DNA from: an uncultured Pseudobdellovibrionaceae bacterium
Lineage (GTDB): Bacteria; Bdellovibrionota; Bdellovibrionia; Bdellovibrionales; UBA1609
Direction of reading: 5' to 3'
DNA length: 64,000 nucleotides
Assembly: GCA_964502735.1 (NCBI GenBank)
Contig: CAZCYD010000007.1
Span: 24,295 to 88,294 of the forward strand
A model generated the notes under the pieces. It made no database searches, was not told where the DNA came from, and saw nothing but the letters and a program-made list of their open reading frames with translations. The stretch's first letter is position 1. Each line of letters opens with the position of its first letter. The position numbers were made by a program, and so were the translations under genes. Below are positions 36,976 to 46,887 of this stretch, piece by piece.

Positions 36976-39946
36976 GGTAATGGTTATTAGAGCAATTATT
37001 TTTACATTTATCTCTTTATTATTTTTCGGCAACGAAATTGCTGGTGCCCAAGCACATTCTAAAAAAACAGAGGTTTTAGACTCATTGAGACTTAAAGAGG
37101 GAGATGAAGCTCAAAATGATATGAGAGCTCTAAAAACAGAGATGCTTGTAAGTAAAAGTGAAAGTCTAGCAATTCAGCAAGTGCAAAAACTTATTAAAAA
37201 ATATAAAGGCATGGAGGTCGAAGCTGATCTTCAGTTGCGCTTGGCAGAATTGTATATGAGGAAAGCGAAAACGGATCGCTTTTTTGAATTGAATAGAGAA
37301 TCTGATGTAGTTGTAAATCTTGCGCAGAAAAAAATCAGTGGAGCTTCTTCAAAAAAAGCCATCATGGATGCAATTTCTATATATGATTACATTGAAAGAA
37401 AGTTTCCCAAGTACGACAAAATAGATGAAGTCATATTTAATAATGCTTTTGCCAGACAGCAAATAGGTCAAGATAAAGTGGCAGAGGAAAAGTATTGGAG
37501 AGTAATTAATAAATATTCTTACTCATTTTTAGTTCCAGACTCTCACTTGGCGATTGGTGAAATGACATTTAAACAGAGGCGATTTCAACATGCTTTAGAT
37601 CATTTTAATGCTATTAAAAAATATCCAATGTCTCGCGTTTATCCTTATGGCCTGTATAAGGGAGCCTGGACTCTCTACAATTTAAGACAAACTGAATTGG
37701 CAATGAAAGCGCTAGAACAGGTTGTCGAATACGGTAAAAGAGTTGAAGCCGAAGGCTTGGATGTAAGACTCGACTTAAGAAAAGAAGCTCTTACAGATAT
37801 GACTTTATTTTATAGTGAACTCTATCCAGCTAAAAAGGCTTATAGATATTTTATGAGTCAGGCTAAACGAGAGGAAGTTGGAGAACTTCTATTAAAATTA
37901 GCAAGAATTTATGACAGACATAGTCTATATGAAAACAAAGATATAGTATTAAGAGATTATATTTTAGATAATCCTAAGAATATTCTTGTGCCAACGATCT
38001 ATGACCAGCTTGTTTGGAACTACGAAAACATGAAAAATCGAGATAAGGCCATTAAGCAACTTAAAGATTTTTCTCTTATTTGTAAAAAGTCTAGCAAGTG
38101 GTCATCTCATCACCTCGCTTTAAATATGGAAAGTGAGGTTTCAAATTGTAATGAACTTTTTAGGTCAACATCTATTAAATTAGCTCAAAAGTGGTTGCAG
38201 ATATGGGAGAAAAATCTTTCATTTTTTGAATTTGCCGACTCTTCTGAGAGGGCATTTGAATTATATTTAGAGGATAATTCTGATCTAATAAAATCTGATA
38301 AGGCTAGATTCTCACTTGCTCAATTACAGTTCAAACGTGATAAATTTAGATCATCTCTTGAGAATTACGAAAAGGTGGGAAGGTCAACTCAAGATAAAGA
38401 ATTGGGCCATGACTCAAGATATGGAGCTATTGTATCCTTAGAGAAATCAATCGGCAAAGGGAGTTGGAATGATAAAGATGAAAAACACTTACACAGTTTA
38501 GTACAACTCTACATTGAGCATCATCCAGATGGGGTTTATAGGCTAGATATTGAATTCAAATTGGCATTAATTTACTACGACAAGTCAAAGTATGACCTCG
38601 CAGCCCCAATATTCTTGAATTTAGGTGAAAGATTTAAAACCAATGAGAAGGGAATAAAAGCCCAAGATTTATACTTAGATATTTTAAATACAAAAAAAGA
38701 TTTTGTAGGATTACAAAAATATTCAAAGTCGCTCATGGGTAATGGGGCAGATCAATCTCGTAAACAGAAGTTGAACCTCATATATGAGCAGGCCTACTTT
38801 TTAGAAGTCCAGAGTTTTGAGGAAAGAGGAAAGGTTTTAGAGGCGATAACAAAGTACAAAGACTTTGTTGCGGAGAATCCAAAATCAGAATTGGCAGAAA
38901 AGGCAGCTTGGAATGTAATTCAGCTTTATTTTCAGATTATGGACTTTAAAGGTGGTGCTGATGCGTCACATGAATTCGCGCAAAAGTTTCCTAAATCAAA
39001 TAATGCAATACCAGCGCTTTTAAAAGCTGCCCATGCCTACGAAGAACTGGCTGACTTAAAAAAGGTTACTGAAGTTTTATTAAAGCTAAGTCAAGTAGAT
39101 AAAGATAATCACCTAAAATGGAAAAATCTTTCTGCAGATTTCTTTTATATACAAGGAACAATTACTGTTGCTGAAAATATATATAGACAAGTCTATCAGG
39201 AGAGGGACGGTAAACATAGCCAGTATGCCCTCGTGCAAATGGAAAAAATTCAAAACAAAAGTGGATCATCGGAGCATTTAAACTTACTTCAAAAACTAAT
39301 TAAGGAAAACATTCAACCAGAAGCTAGTCATGCTCAGTTATTTTTGGTTGAAAAACTTTGGCAAGAGAAAAAGTCTCAAGAAGCTTTTTCTGAAGCCATG
39401 AAATTACTAAACATGAATAAAGAGGCCTCTCAATACGCAAAGGCTAAAGCAAGATTTATTCAAGCTCAAATTTTGGATGAAGAGTTTGACCGTCAGAGCG
39501 TTAAATCGCAAATTGACAGATTTACAACTGTATTTGCCATTAAAACAGAAAAGTTAGAGAAGGCACAGCAGGCGTATCAATCTGCCATTAGATATGGAGA
39601 TCCTAAAGTTGCCGTGCAAGCCCTGGTTCATCTTTCTAAACTGTATGAGAAATATGTAAAAACATTAAAGCAGATGCCAATTCCTGGAGGTCTGCCAGAG
39701 TCTGAGGTTGCGTCGTTTAAATTAGAAATGGAAAAGCTTGCGATGCCAATGGAAGAAAAGGGTGTGGACACAATGGCTGAAGCCTTGTCTCAAGCCAAAA
39801 GGTTAAAGTTCAGAGATGGAACAATTGCTAAAGTCCAAGTTGAACTCGATAGATTAAATATGATTAATAATAAGACTGAGGTTTTACCTCTGGTACCTCC
39901 ACGGATATTGCTGCCAAAATATTTTAAGAAGGTTGTAGGAAGATGA
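36968..39946 (+). CDS. Large TPR-repeat envelope protein (GltD-like, tentative)
   Basis: A 992-aa protein with a signal peptide (IFTFISLLFFGNEIAGAQA) and TPR/helical repeats throughout. The TTG start overlaps the upstream gene; an alternative ATG lies at 36980. Confidence 0.6.
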   Translation: MSRVMVIRAIIFTFISLLFFGNEIAGAQAHSKKTEVLDSLRLKEGDEAQNDMRALKTEMLVSKSESLAIQQVQKLIKKYKGMEVEADLQLRLAELYMRKAKTDRFFELNRESDVVVNLAQKKISGASSKKAIMDAISIYDYIERKFPKYDKIDEVIFNNAFARQQIGQDKVAEEKYWRVINKYSYSFLVPDSHLAIGEMTFKQRRFQHALDHFNAIKKYPMSRVYPYGLYKGAWTLYNLRQTELAMKALEQVVEYGKRVEAEGLDVRLDLRKEALTDMTLFYSELYPAKKAYRYFMSQAKREEVGELLLKLARIYDRHSLYENKDIVLRDYILDNPKNILVPTIYDQLVWNYENMKNRDKAIKQLKDFSLICKKSSKWSSHHLALNMESEVSNCNELFRSTSIKLAQKWLQIWEKNLSFFEFADSSERAFELYLEDNSDLIKSDKARFSLAQLQFKRDKFRSSLENYEKVGRSTQDKELGHDSRYGAIVSLEKSIGKGSWNDKDEKHLHSLVQLYIEHHPDGVYRLDIEFKLALIYYDKSKYDLAAPIFLNLGERFKTNEKGIKAQDLYLDILNTKKDFVGLQKYSKSLMGNGADQSRKQKLNLIYEQAYFLEVQSFEERGKVLEAITKYKDFVAENPKSELAEKAAWNVIQLYFQIMDFKGGADASHEFAQKFPKSNNAIPALLKAAHAYEELADLKKVTEVLLKLSQVDKDNHLKWKNLSADFFYIQGTITVAENIYRQVYQERDGKHSQYALVQMEKIQNKSGSSEHLNLLQKLIKENIQPEASHAQLFLVEKLWQEKKSQEAFSEAMKLLNMNKEASQYAKAKARFIQAQILDEEFDRQSVKSQIDRFTTVFAIKTEKLEKAQQAYQSAIRYGDPKVAVQALVHLSKLYEKYVKTLKQMPIPGGLPESEVASFKLEMEKLAMPMEEKGVDTMAEALSQAKRLKFRDGTIAKVQVELDRLNMINNKTEVLPLVPPRILLPKYFKKVVGR

Positions 39947-40752
39947 TAAGGATAGGATTGACCATTATTGTATTCTCCTCTTTGCTTGGATGTTCCTCTA
40001 AGGTTAAAAATAACAATGATCAGTTGAGATCAGATTTATCTAAGCCCTATACAGTCGATGTTGTTGCTCAACCTCAAATAGATGATAAAAATACCTTATC
40101 TGGCTCATGCCCATCTAAGTTAAAAGACATTGACGGAGTGGATTGGACAAAACTTTTGGGATTTGCCAATGCTTGCATTCGAAGAGGCAACTGGAACATG
40201 GTTGAGGCCATAGGTAATAAATTGGCTGTAGATACGAGTCACTCACCTTGGGGGCCATACTACTTGAGTCTTGTTGCGGAGAGGCATAGAAATATGCCGA
40301 AGGCCTTATGGATGATTGATTTGGCAATCAAGAGGTCCCCAAACGTAGGGATTTTGACTTATAACAAGGCGAGGCTTTTATGGAAGATGGATTTGTTTGA
40401 GGAAAGTGTTTCCTACTTTGAAAAATCAATATTGCTCAAAGTAAATGTTTTAGAAGCTCATTATTTTTTAGGTAAAATATATTTACGTGATCAAGATCTC
40501 AACTCTGCAAAGAGTCAATTTGAAATTTCGCTAAAATATAACCCCCAACATTTTGATTCTTTGTTAGAAATTGCAAAAATTTATAGCCTAAAAGGTGATG
40601 TCGGCAACGAGATGATTTTTTTAGAAAGAGCAAGAAAAGTAAAGCCAAGTGACAAATGGATAAAACAAAGGCTTTCACTTTTAATAAGTCAGAATTCTCC
40701 ACGGGACCCGGCTTCAGAAGAAGCTAACTCCAGTCAAGGAGGTAAACAATGA
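39943..40752 (+). CDS. TPR-repeat lipoprotein (GltE-like, tentative)
   Basis: It has the lipobox IVFSSLLGC, TPR repeats and a 4-nt overlap with the upstream gene. Confidence 0.55.
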   Translation: MIRIGLTIIVFSSLLGCSSKVKNNNDQLRSDLSKPYTVDVVAQPQIDDKNTLSGSCPSKLKDIDGVDWTKLLGFANACIRRGNWNMVEAIGNKLAVDTSHSPWGPYYLSLVAERHRNMPKALWMIDLAIKRSPNVGILTYNKARLLWKMDLFEESVSYFEKSILLKVNVLEAHYFLGKIYLRDQDLNSAKSQFEISLKYNPQHFDSLLEIAKIYSLKGDVGNEMIFLERARKVKPSDKWIKQRLSLLISQNSPRDPASEEANSSQGGKQ

Positions 40753-40988
40753 AGTATTTAATTATTTTATTTGGATTGCTACTAGTTGATTTTTCGTATG
40801 CAGATAAAAAGGTCATCTATAAAAAAACACAAGAAGTCAACTTTGACGAAGCTAATATTGATGGAGAGGTGAGGTCTCCAGATGGATCTTATTTACATCA
40901 AAAGAGGGGTATGAAGTTCCTTCCCTTGTACAAGGTTAGAAAAACTTTTGACAACAGCATCAAAGAATCTGTGGAGTTCTTGAGGTAA
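40749..40988 (+). CDS. Small secreted protein (GltF-like by position, tentative)
   Basis: A 79-aa protein with signal peptide MKYLIILFGLLLVDFSYA. It is translationally coupled on both sides. Confidence 0.45.
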   Translation: MKYLIILFGLLLVDFSYADKKVIYKKTQEVNFDEANIDGEVRSPDGSYLHQKRGMKFLPLYKVRKTFDNSIKESVEFLR

Positions 40989-40990
40989 GT

Positions 40991-42502
40991 ATGAAAAGAG
41001 TCGAAGTTGAAGTCGAGCATTATTTTCAGAAAAAGTTTGTTGGTCGCAAGCGAATATTGCCCAGTGAACAGATAACGATTATTGGCCAAACCAAAGAATG
41101 TGGACTTCGGCTTCTAGGCGATGGTGTTTCTAATGTACATGCTTGTATAGAATTTTATAACGACCAATGGGTTGTTGCTGATCTTGGTAGCGAGCAAGGG
41201 ACGTGGGTTAGAAAGAAGGCTATTGTCTCCCATGTTATTAATAGCTCTACCTCTGTAAATATCGGACAGCATGAGCTTAAAATATTTCCTAAAGTTATAG
41301 AATCTCATTTGTTTACTGAAGAGACGTCAGTAAATCAGAATCGTATTGATATTCAAAATGTTGGAACATTAAATAGATATCACCAAGTGATTCTGAAAAA
41401 GAATTCGTTTGTTGTGGAGTCTAAATTGTTGCCCGTAAATGAGCCTTTTGTTTATTATCAGGGCTTAAAAAAACATAATCTTCTGCCTCCCAAAGGCGAT
41501 GAGTGGAAGACTGAGAACTTTGGTGATGTTACAATTCAGCAGAGAATTGTTTGTTCATCTGTAGTTGAGGAGTCCAGTGCCGAGAAGGTGGCTGTTATAT
41601 GGGATCCAAATTTAAAAGGTCCTTTAGCGTTAGCTTTAGTCTTACTTTTAATTCTTACGAGTATATTTATTTTACACCCGGGTAGTTTTAATTCTGAAAT
41701 GGAAGAGCTTAAGCCTGAAACCGATAATAAGTATACAAGAATGATTTTTGATGCGAATGCCATTAGAAAAAAACGTGAACAGGCCAAGCAGGTTAGGAAC
41801 TCGATGTCCACTCGAAGCACTAATATGGCAGCGCCTCAAATGTCTAAGGAGCTTAAAGTTACAAAGAGCGAGAGCCAATCCAGTTCAAAAGTAGTCAATA
41901 AAATTAAGTCAGCTGAACTTAGTCAGTTAATAGGTAAAATTTCTAAACGGGCATCTCACAATGCCCAATTTATAAAAGCTGTTGGAGCTACGCCTGACGG
42001 AAACAGTACGGCAAGAGTTTTAGCTACGGTCGGAAATGAGGCTAGCAAGTTAAATGCAAATAAAAATGGTAACTTTAAAGTTGATGGAGTAAAGACGGCT
42101 GGAAAAGCTGGAGGATCAAACTCTTACAAGAAAATAGGTGGACTGGCTTTAGGCAATGTGGGGACGGCCACAGTAGGTGTATTGGATGAAGAGACAGAAG
42201 TAGAAGGAGGTCTTGATAAAGATCTTATTGCTAGAGTTATCGAGAAAAATTTAGGTCAGATACGATACTGCTACGAAAGACAGTTAAGTGCCAACCCAGA
42301 CCTTTATGGAAAGGTACTTGTTAAGTTTACAATAGGTGGAGATGGAGCTGTTAAAGCTCAAAATATAGGATCAACAACTTTAAAGAGCGCCATGGTCGAG
42401 GGATGTATTTTGCGGCGTGTATCAGGGTGGATGTTTCCGCAACCAAAAGGTGGAACGCACGTCCTGGTCACTTACCCATTTCTGTTTAAAAGCACAAACT
42501 AG
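40991..42502 (+). CDS. FHA domain - TM - AgmX/PglI (TonB_C-like) C-terminal domain protein (GltG-like)
   Basis: The N-terminal FHA-like region is ITIIGQTKECGLRLLGDGVSNVHACIEFYNDQWVVADLGSEQGTWV...IGQHELKIF. One TM follows (LALALVLLLILTSIFIL). The C-terminus is IRYCYERQLSANPDLYGKVLVKFTIGGDGAV...GCILRRVSGWMFPQPKGG. Confidence 0.7.
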   Translation: MKRVEVEVEHYFQKKFVGRKRILPSEQITIIGQTKECGLRLLGDGVSNVHACIEFYNDQWVVADLGSEQGTWVRKKAIVSHVINSSTSVNIGQHELKIFPKVIESHLFTEETSVNQNRIDIQNVGTLNRYHQVILKKNSFVVESKLLPVNEPFVYYQGLKKHNLLPPKGDEWKTENFGDVTIQQRIVCSSVVEESSAEKVAVIWDPNLKGPLALALVLLLILTSIFILHPGSFNSEMEELKPETDNKYTRMIFDANAIRKKREQAKQVRNSMSTRSTNMAAPQMSKELKVTKSESQSSSKVVNKIKSAELSQLIGKISKRASHNAQFIKAVGATPDGNSTARVLATVGNEASKLNANKNGNFKVDGVKTAGKAGGSNSYKKIGGLALGNVGTATVGVLDEETEVEGGLDKDLIARVIEKNLGQIRYCYERQLSANPDLYGKVLVKFTIGGDGAVKAQNIGSTTLKSAMVEGCILRRVSGWMFPQPKGGTHVLVTYPFLFKSTN

Positions 42503-42535
42503 TCTTGAAACAGAAGTGGCCCTGAGGGGGGCGAA

Positions 42536-43330
42536 ATGAAAAAAATTAACATCTTAGTCTATGTCGGCTTCTGTATGCTTTACACCCAATGGGGTGAAGC
42601 TCAAAGTACTCAGTACCAGCGGCCAACAAAAAATGTGGTGAACAAAGCTGCTCCTGAAAAAAAGACAGGTAAGGAAGACTACAAGGTTGATATTACCGAC
42701 ATTGAGCAAAAGTATTGGGCCCCTAAGGATACTGACTTCAGTGTAGTTCAAAGTCGAGCTTACACAAAGGCCAATAGATTCTCATTAACTGTACAGGGTG
42801 GAAGTCTAATTAATGACACTTTTAATAAGGGGAGTTTGTTTGCTGTATCTAGTAACTATTTTTTAAGTGAGAGGCATGGTTTTGGGTTGAGTTATGTTTC
42901 AGGAGATTTAGGAAACACAAAAGTCATCGACAACTTTAGATATCAAGTGGGAGGCGGAGCCGCTGGTACTGAGCCCGATCGAGGAAGATTAAAGCATTAC
43001 TATGGAATAAATTATGTATGGGTACCCATTTATGCAAAAATGAGTCTCCTAGAGAAAAAAATACTATATTTTGATATGGCTATTTCTCCAAGTATTGGAA
43101 TGACTAGCTACAACAAACTTACAGACTTCAAGGATATTCCTGAGTCTGCCTTAACCTTTGGATTAGATGTTTCTCAGTACTTCTATTTAAATAAAAATTG
43201 GGCCATTAGAGCTGATTTAAAAAATAATTGGTACAACGAAAAAAGAGTTACATTTAAAACGGGTGAATCTATTTCAACTCAATCCAATAATACGACCATG
43301 TTTTTGTTAGGTTTTATTTATTATCATTAA
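42536..43330 (+). CDS. Outer-membrane beta-barrel protein (GltA/GltB-type, tentative)
   Basis: It has a signal peptide, alternating beta-strand pattern and a C-terminal MFLLGFIYYH. Confidence 0.6.
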   Translation: MKKINILVYVGFCMLYTQWGEAQSTQYQRPTKNVVNKAAPEKKTGKEDYKVDITDIEQKYWAPKDTDFSVVQSRAYTKANRFSLTVQGGSLINDTFNKGSLFAVSSNYFLSERHGFGLSYVSGDLGNTKVIDNFRYQVGGGAAGTEPDRGRLKHYYGINYVWVPIYAKMSLLEKKILYFDMAISPSIGMTSYNKLTDFKDIPESALTFGLDVSQYFYLNKNWAIRADLKNNWYNEKRVTFKTGESISTQSNNTTMFLLGFIYYH

Positions 43331-43340
43331 GAGGTGTATT

Positions 43341-45767
43341 GTGCTTTTTAAATATACTATTGTTTTTATAATCCTCTCGATTATAGGTGTAGGGGCACAG
43401 GCTCGTCTTTTAGAAGATATTGTTGCAACCTCCGTTAGCAAGAAAGAGGTCAAAGAAGAGACTTTGCAAGATAAAGTTAAAGATGGATTTAATGATATCA
43501 AAAAAACCTTTAATACTTGGGTGCGAAAATTAAAGCCCAAGTCAGCAGAAGAGTTAGCTACAGAGAAAAGAGTTCAAGCTGAAATTAATCGACAAAAAAG
43601 AGTTCAAGAACAGTTACAAGAAAGGACAGAGGCCTTACCAGACTATAAAAGTCAGGAAAAAGGAAACTTTAAGAGTTATGTTGACTCGACTGTTGAGAAG
43701 GTTGGCAGTGCAGATCCTCTTGTCGAGGTAAGCAGAGGAATAAGCTCAGACCCAAGTCTACCAAAAACTAAAGTGGGGGTACCTTATTTTACAGTAGGTA
43801 AAATTGAAGCTTTGCCTAAGCTGAATGTGGGGTTGGAGCCAACGATTAGTTCTAAAAATTTTGATCTAGATAATTTTTTATTGGGGTTAGACAAATACAA
43901 GATGGCTAAGCCACTTAGGGGACCTGAAAAGGTTAGTATGCGAGAGATAGAAAGATGGACGAGCAAAAAAATAATTTCTATTACTGAAGAAAAGAAGTTA
44001 CAAAGAAAAGATTTTGATATTCGTGAAGTTGTAACCGAGGAAAAAATACAAAAGCTAACAATTAACCCAGTCGTCACAGTCGATGACTACAAGCCTTATA
44101 AGAAGTTTACTAAGAGAGAGCTAAAGATGATTGCTGCACTCATCCTTAATAGAAAGGGTGATAAATGCCACCTAGTTGTGGGACTTTTTGATGATTTATC
44201 TAAACATAAAAAATATCAAAAGGAGGCTGATTATCATCTTGGAGTCTGTTCCATAGAAATGGGTTTTCACTCAGAGTCGGTGAAAAGATTACTTCCTCTT
44301 GTGAAAATGGAGGATAAGGAATACGCGCAAAAATCATTGGCAGCCCTTGCAAAACAACTACCTAGAGAGTTTGAAGTTTTATTTTATGACACAATACGCG
44401 GATTAAAGGCTCCGGACTTGATTGCTTACTCCAAAAACAGTGAAGTGGCTTATTTAGCTGCGAAAGGGGCCTATAAAAAAGGTCACTATGGTGCCGCAAT
44501 TAGATATGCAGAACTTGTTAAGCTGGATTCGAAACTGTTTCCTTCATCTCAGTTTATACTGGCAACAAGTTATTATCTTCAGAAGAACGCAAAGTTGGCA
44601 GTGCAGATATACCAAAACTTAGAAAAACTTCTAGAAAACTCAAGCGATGAAAATTTAAAAACTCTTGTAGCTATAAATTTAGCAAGAATTTCATTTCAGT
44701 CTGATCAATATAAAAAGGCACTGGAATATTATAGAACAGTCAAAAAGAACCATCCATTATGGGTTCAGGGGCTTATAGAACAAGGATGGGCTCAAATTAT
44801 GATAGGTGATTATCCTGGTGCTATAGGGAATATGTATTCTCTGCATTCTCCATACTTTAAGTCTGTTTATATGCCAGACTCCTGGGCGGTGAGGACAATT
44901 GGTTATCTGAATATTTGTCAGTATGGAGACGCTTACAGTTCATTGACAAAACTTGAAAATCAATACGGGCAGTGGTTAAAAAATGTTGATGGCTACGTTA
45001 AGAAAAATAAACTGAGCAAAGATTACTACTACACTATTACAAATTACCTAAAAGGGAAATCAGATCAAGATCAATCCGGACTTCCTTATCAGGTTATTCG
45101 TGAGATGGCGAGACAACGTGAGTATTTAAATTATCAAGACTCTATCAACTTAAAGGTCGACGAACTTGCACAGTACGATTTTATTAAGGGACTGATAGAT
45201 AAGGATATTGTGGGAATGAACTGGAGGATATCAAAAGCCAAGACTCGTATAGAAAAACTATCCGGAGATATTGCAAAGGCTCAACAAGATAAATCAATGA
45301 TGAAAAATTTAACTGAGTGGAAACAACAGTTGGGCTTTGAAAGAGATTTAATTAAAAAACTTAACTTCCAATTGGCGGCTTATAAACAAGGGCAAAAAAG
45401 TTTTAAAAATTTAAATAACTATGCAAATAAACGAATTAGTAAGGAGATATATTCTCTGCGGGAGAAGGCTGGTGGTTCTCTTGTTGGGAGTTTAAAAAAT
45501 ATTCAAATTGAGATCGCAAAAGTACTCGAAAATAACGAGTTCCTACGATACGAAGTATTTGCCGGGAGCGGTGAGAATATTAGGTATCAGGTAGCTGGTG
45601 GAGAGGCTAGGCAAGGGCGGGTTATTGCAAGCACTCCTCCACCTAAGTCACTGAAATGGGAATTTGAAGGGGAGTATTGGGAAGATGAGATTGGTTCTTA
45701 TCGATCAACATTAAAAAATAATTGTCCGGACGCAAGAGCAAGTGCTTCGATCAATGGAGGAAAGTAA
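43341..45767 (+). CDS. Large secreted TPR/helical-repeat protein (GltC-like, tentative)
   Basis: An 808-aa protein whose GTG start follows a GAGG ribosome-binding site. It has signal peptide IVFIILSIIGVGAQA, a TPR-like central region and a coiled-coil C-terminal part. Confidence 0.55.
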   Translation: MLFKYTIVFIILSIIGVGAQARLLEDIVATSVSKKEVKEETLQDKVKDGFNDIKKTFNTWVRKLKPKSAEELATEKRVQAEINRQKRVQEQLQERTEALPDYKSQEKGNFKSYVDSTVEKVGSADPLVEVSRGISSDPSLPKTKVGVPYFTVGKIEALPKLNVGLEPTISSKNFDLDNFLLGLDKYKMAKPLRGPEKVSMREIERWTSKKIISITEEKKLQRKDFDIREVVTEEKIQKLTINPVVTVDDYKPYKKFTKRELKMIAALILNRKGDKCHLVVGLFDDLSKHKKYQKEADYHLGVCSIEMGFHSESVKRLLPLVKMEDKEYAQKSLAALAKQLPREFEVLFYDTIRGLKAPDLIAYSKNSEVAYLAAKGAYKKGHYGAAIRYAELVKLDSKLFPSSQFILATSYYLQKNAKLAVQIYQNLEKLLENSSDENLKTLVAINLARISFQSDQYKKALEYYRTVKKNHPLWVQGLIEQGWAQIMIGDYPGAIGNMYSLHSPYFKSVYMPDSWAVRTIGYLNICQYGDAYSSLTKLENQYGQWLKNVDGYVKKNKLSKDYYYTITNYLKGKSDQDQSGLPYQVIREMARQREYLNYQDSINLKVDELAQYDFIKGLIDKDIVGMNWRISKAKTRIEKLSGDIAKAQQDKSMMKNLTEWKQQLGFERDLIKKLNFQLAAYKQGQKSFKNLNNYANKRISKEIYSLREKAGGSLVGSLKNIQIEIAKVLENNEFLRYEVFAGSGENIRYQVAGGEARQGRVIASTPPPKSLKWEFEGEYWEDEIGSYRSTLKNNCPDARASASINGGK

Positions 45768-46396
45768 TGAGAAAGTTTAGTCTATTTTTGATTTTGTTTT
45801 TTTATGTGCAGAATGTTGGTGCAGGAACAGACGTAGATTCTCAGATGGAGATTATTAAAAAGAATGTTGAGGCAAGTCAGCATAATTATAATCAGTATAA
45901 GAAAAACTATGAAATTTCAGAAAAAAATCTGGCGGAAACAGAAAAGGCAGTTAAGGAGTTGCAGCGTTTACAGCAGGAATTAACTAAAAACAATAAGAGC
46001 GTTGATGAAAATAAAGCTATTCTGGAAAAGATGAAACAACAAGTAGTTGTTTTTAAAAATGATGAAATGAGAGAGATTGAAAACGAAAAGAAACAAATTG
46101 ATGAGCTTAAGGCAGTTCTAAAAAAACTAGAGGATAATGTTCAGCAGCGAGAGATGAATGTAGTGGCCTATGATAAAAAGGTGCAAGAGATAGACAAAGA
46201 AAAGAAGGATTGGGAGCAGCAAGACAAAAAAATGGCCCAATTACAGCAACAACTTAAGGAAAAAGAGTTGGAAACCCAAAAACAAAAGCAAGTATGGGCT
46301 AGCAAAAAATCCGAGTATCAAGCCGAAGCAAAAAAATGGGAAGCCCAAGCTGCCACATCAAAAAACAGGTACAATAAATTTAAAAGCTTAGATTAA
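45767..46396 (+). CDS. Secreted coiled-coil protein
   Basis: ATG 45767 overlaps the upstream TAA, with a GGAGG ribosome-binding site upstream. It has signal peptide MRKFSLFLILFFYVQNVGAG followed by Lys/Glu/Gln-rich heptad-like sequence. Confidence 0.5.
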   Translation: MRKFSLFLILFFYVQNVGAGTDVDSQMEIIKKNVEASQHNYNQYKKNYEISEKNLAETEKAVKELQRLQQELTKNNKSVDENKAILEKMKQQVVVFKNDEMREIENEKKQIDELKAVLKKLEDNVQQREMNVVAYDKKVQEIDKEKKDWEQQDKKMAQLQQQLKEKELETQKQKQVWASKKSEYQAEAKKWEAQAATSKNRYNKFKSLD

Positions 46397-46887
46397 TTGC
46401 AATTTTTGCATTATTAGCTCGGTTGTATTAGTTACGAGTAGTGTTTATGTCGCTCGCGGGTTTAGTGGAGTCGAGTAGGCACTAATAAATTACGTGGCCA
46501 ACAATGTGCCATATCGTGAATTATATCCAAGTTTTAGTAATGACACTGATATTTTAGATGCAGGATTTAATCTCGAGTCGCCCTGCAAACAATGACAGAG
46601 TTGTTTTCTTTACAATACACATTTTAATAAATTAAATGGGTTACGTAAATAACCCACGGCTATTTTTGTATTATGTTTTTATAATTAGATTATGGGGCTC
46701 TTAGTGTGCAAATAAGCAATGTCTTTCCCTAGAACTAAGCCGCCCAGAGATAAAGAAAATGAGGCAAAATAAACTGAGCAGAACCATAAGTCTAATCCAT
46801 AAGAAAAACAGCATAAGAAAAAATAGTCTAACAAAAACCGTATGACTGAGAGGACTCAAAATGTTTTTTTTCAAGGAGACTGTTATT

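Noticed and set aside
35163-40752. Interpretation of the MotA/TolQ + 2 TolR + TPR genes as a Tol-Pal system.
   Set aside because: There is no TolA, TolB beta-propeller or Pal/OmpA-like lipoprotein. Two TolR paralogues, giant TPR proteins and an FHA/AgmX-PglI protein fit the Agl-Glt type instead.
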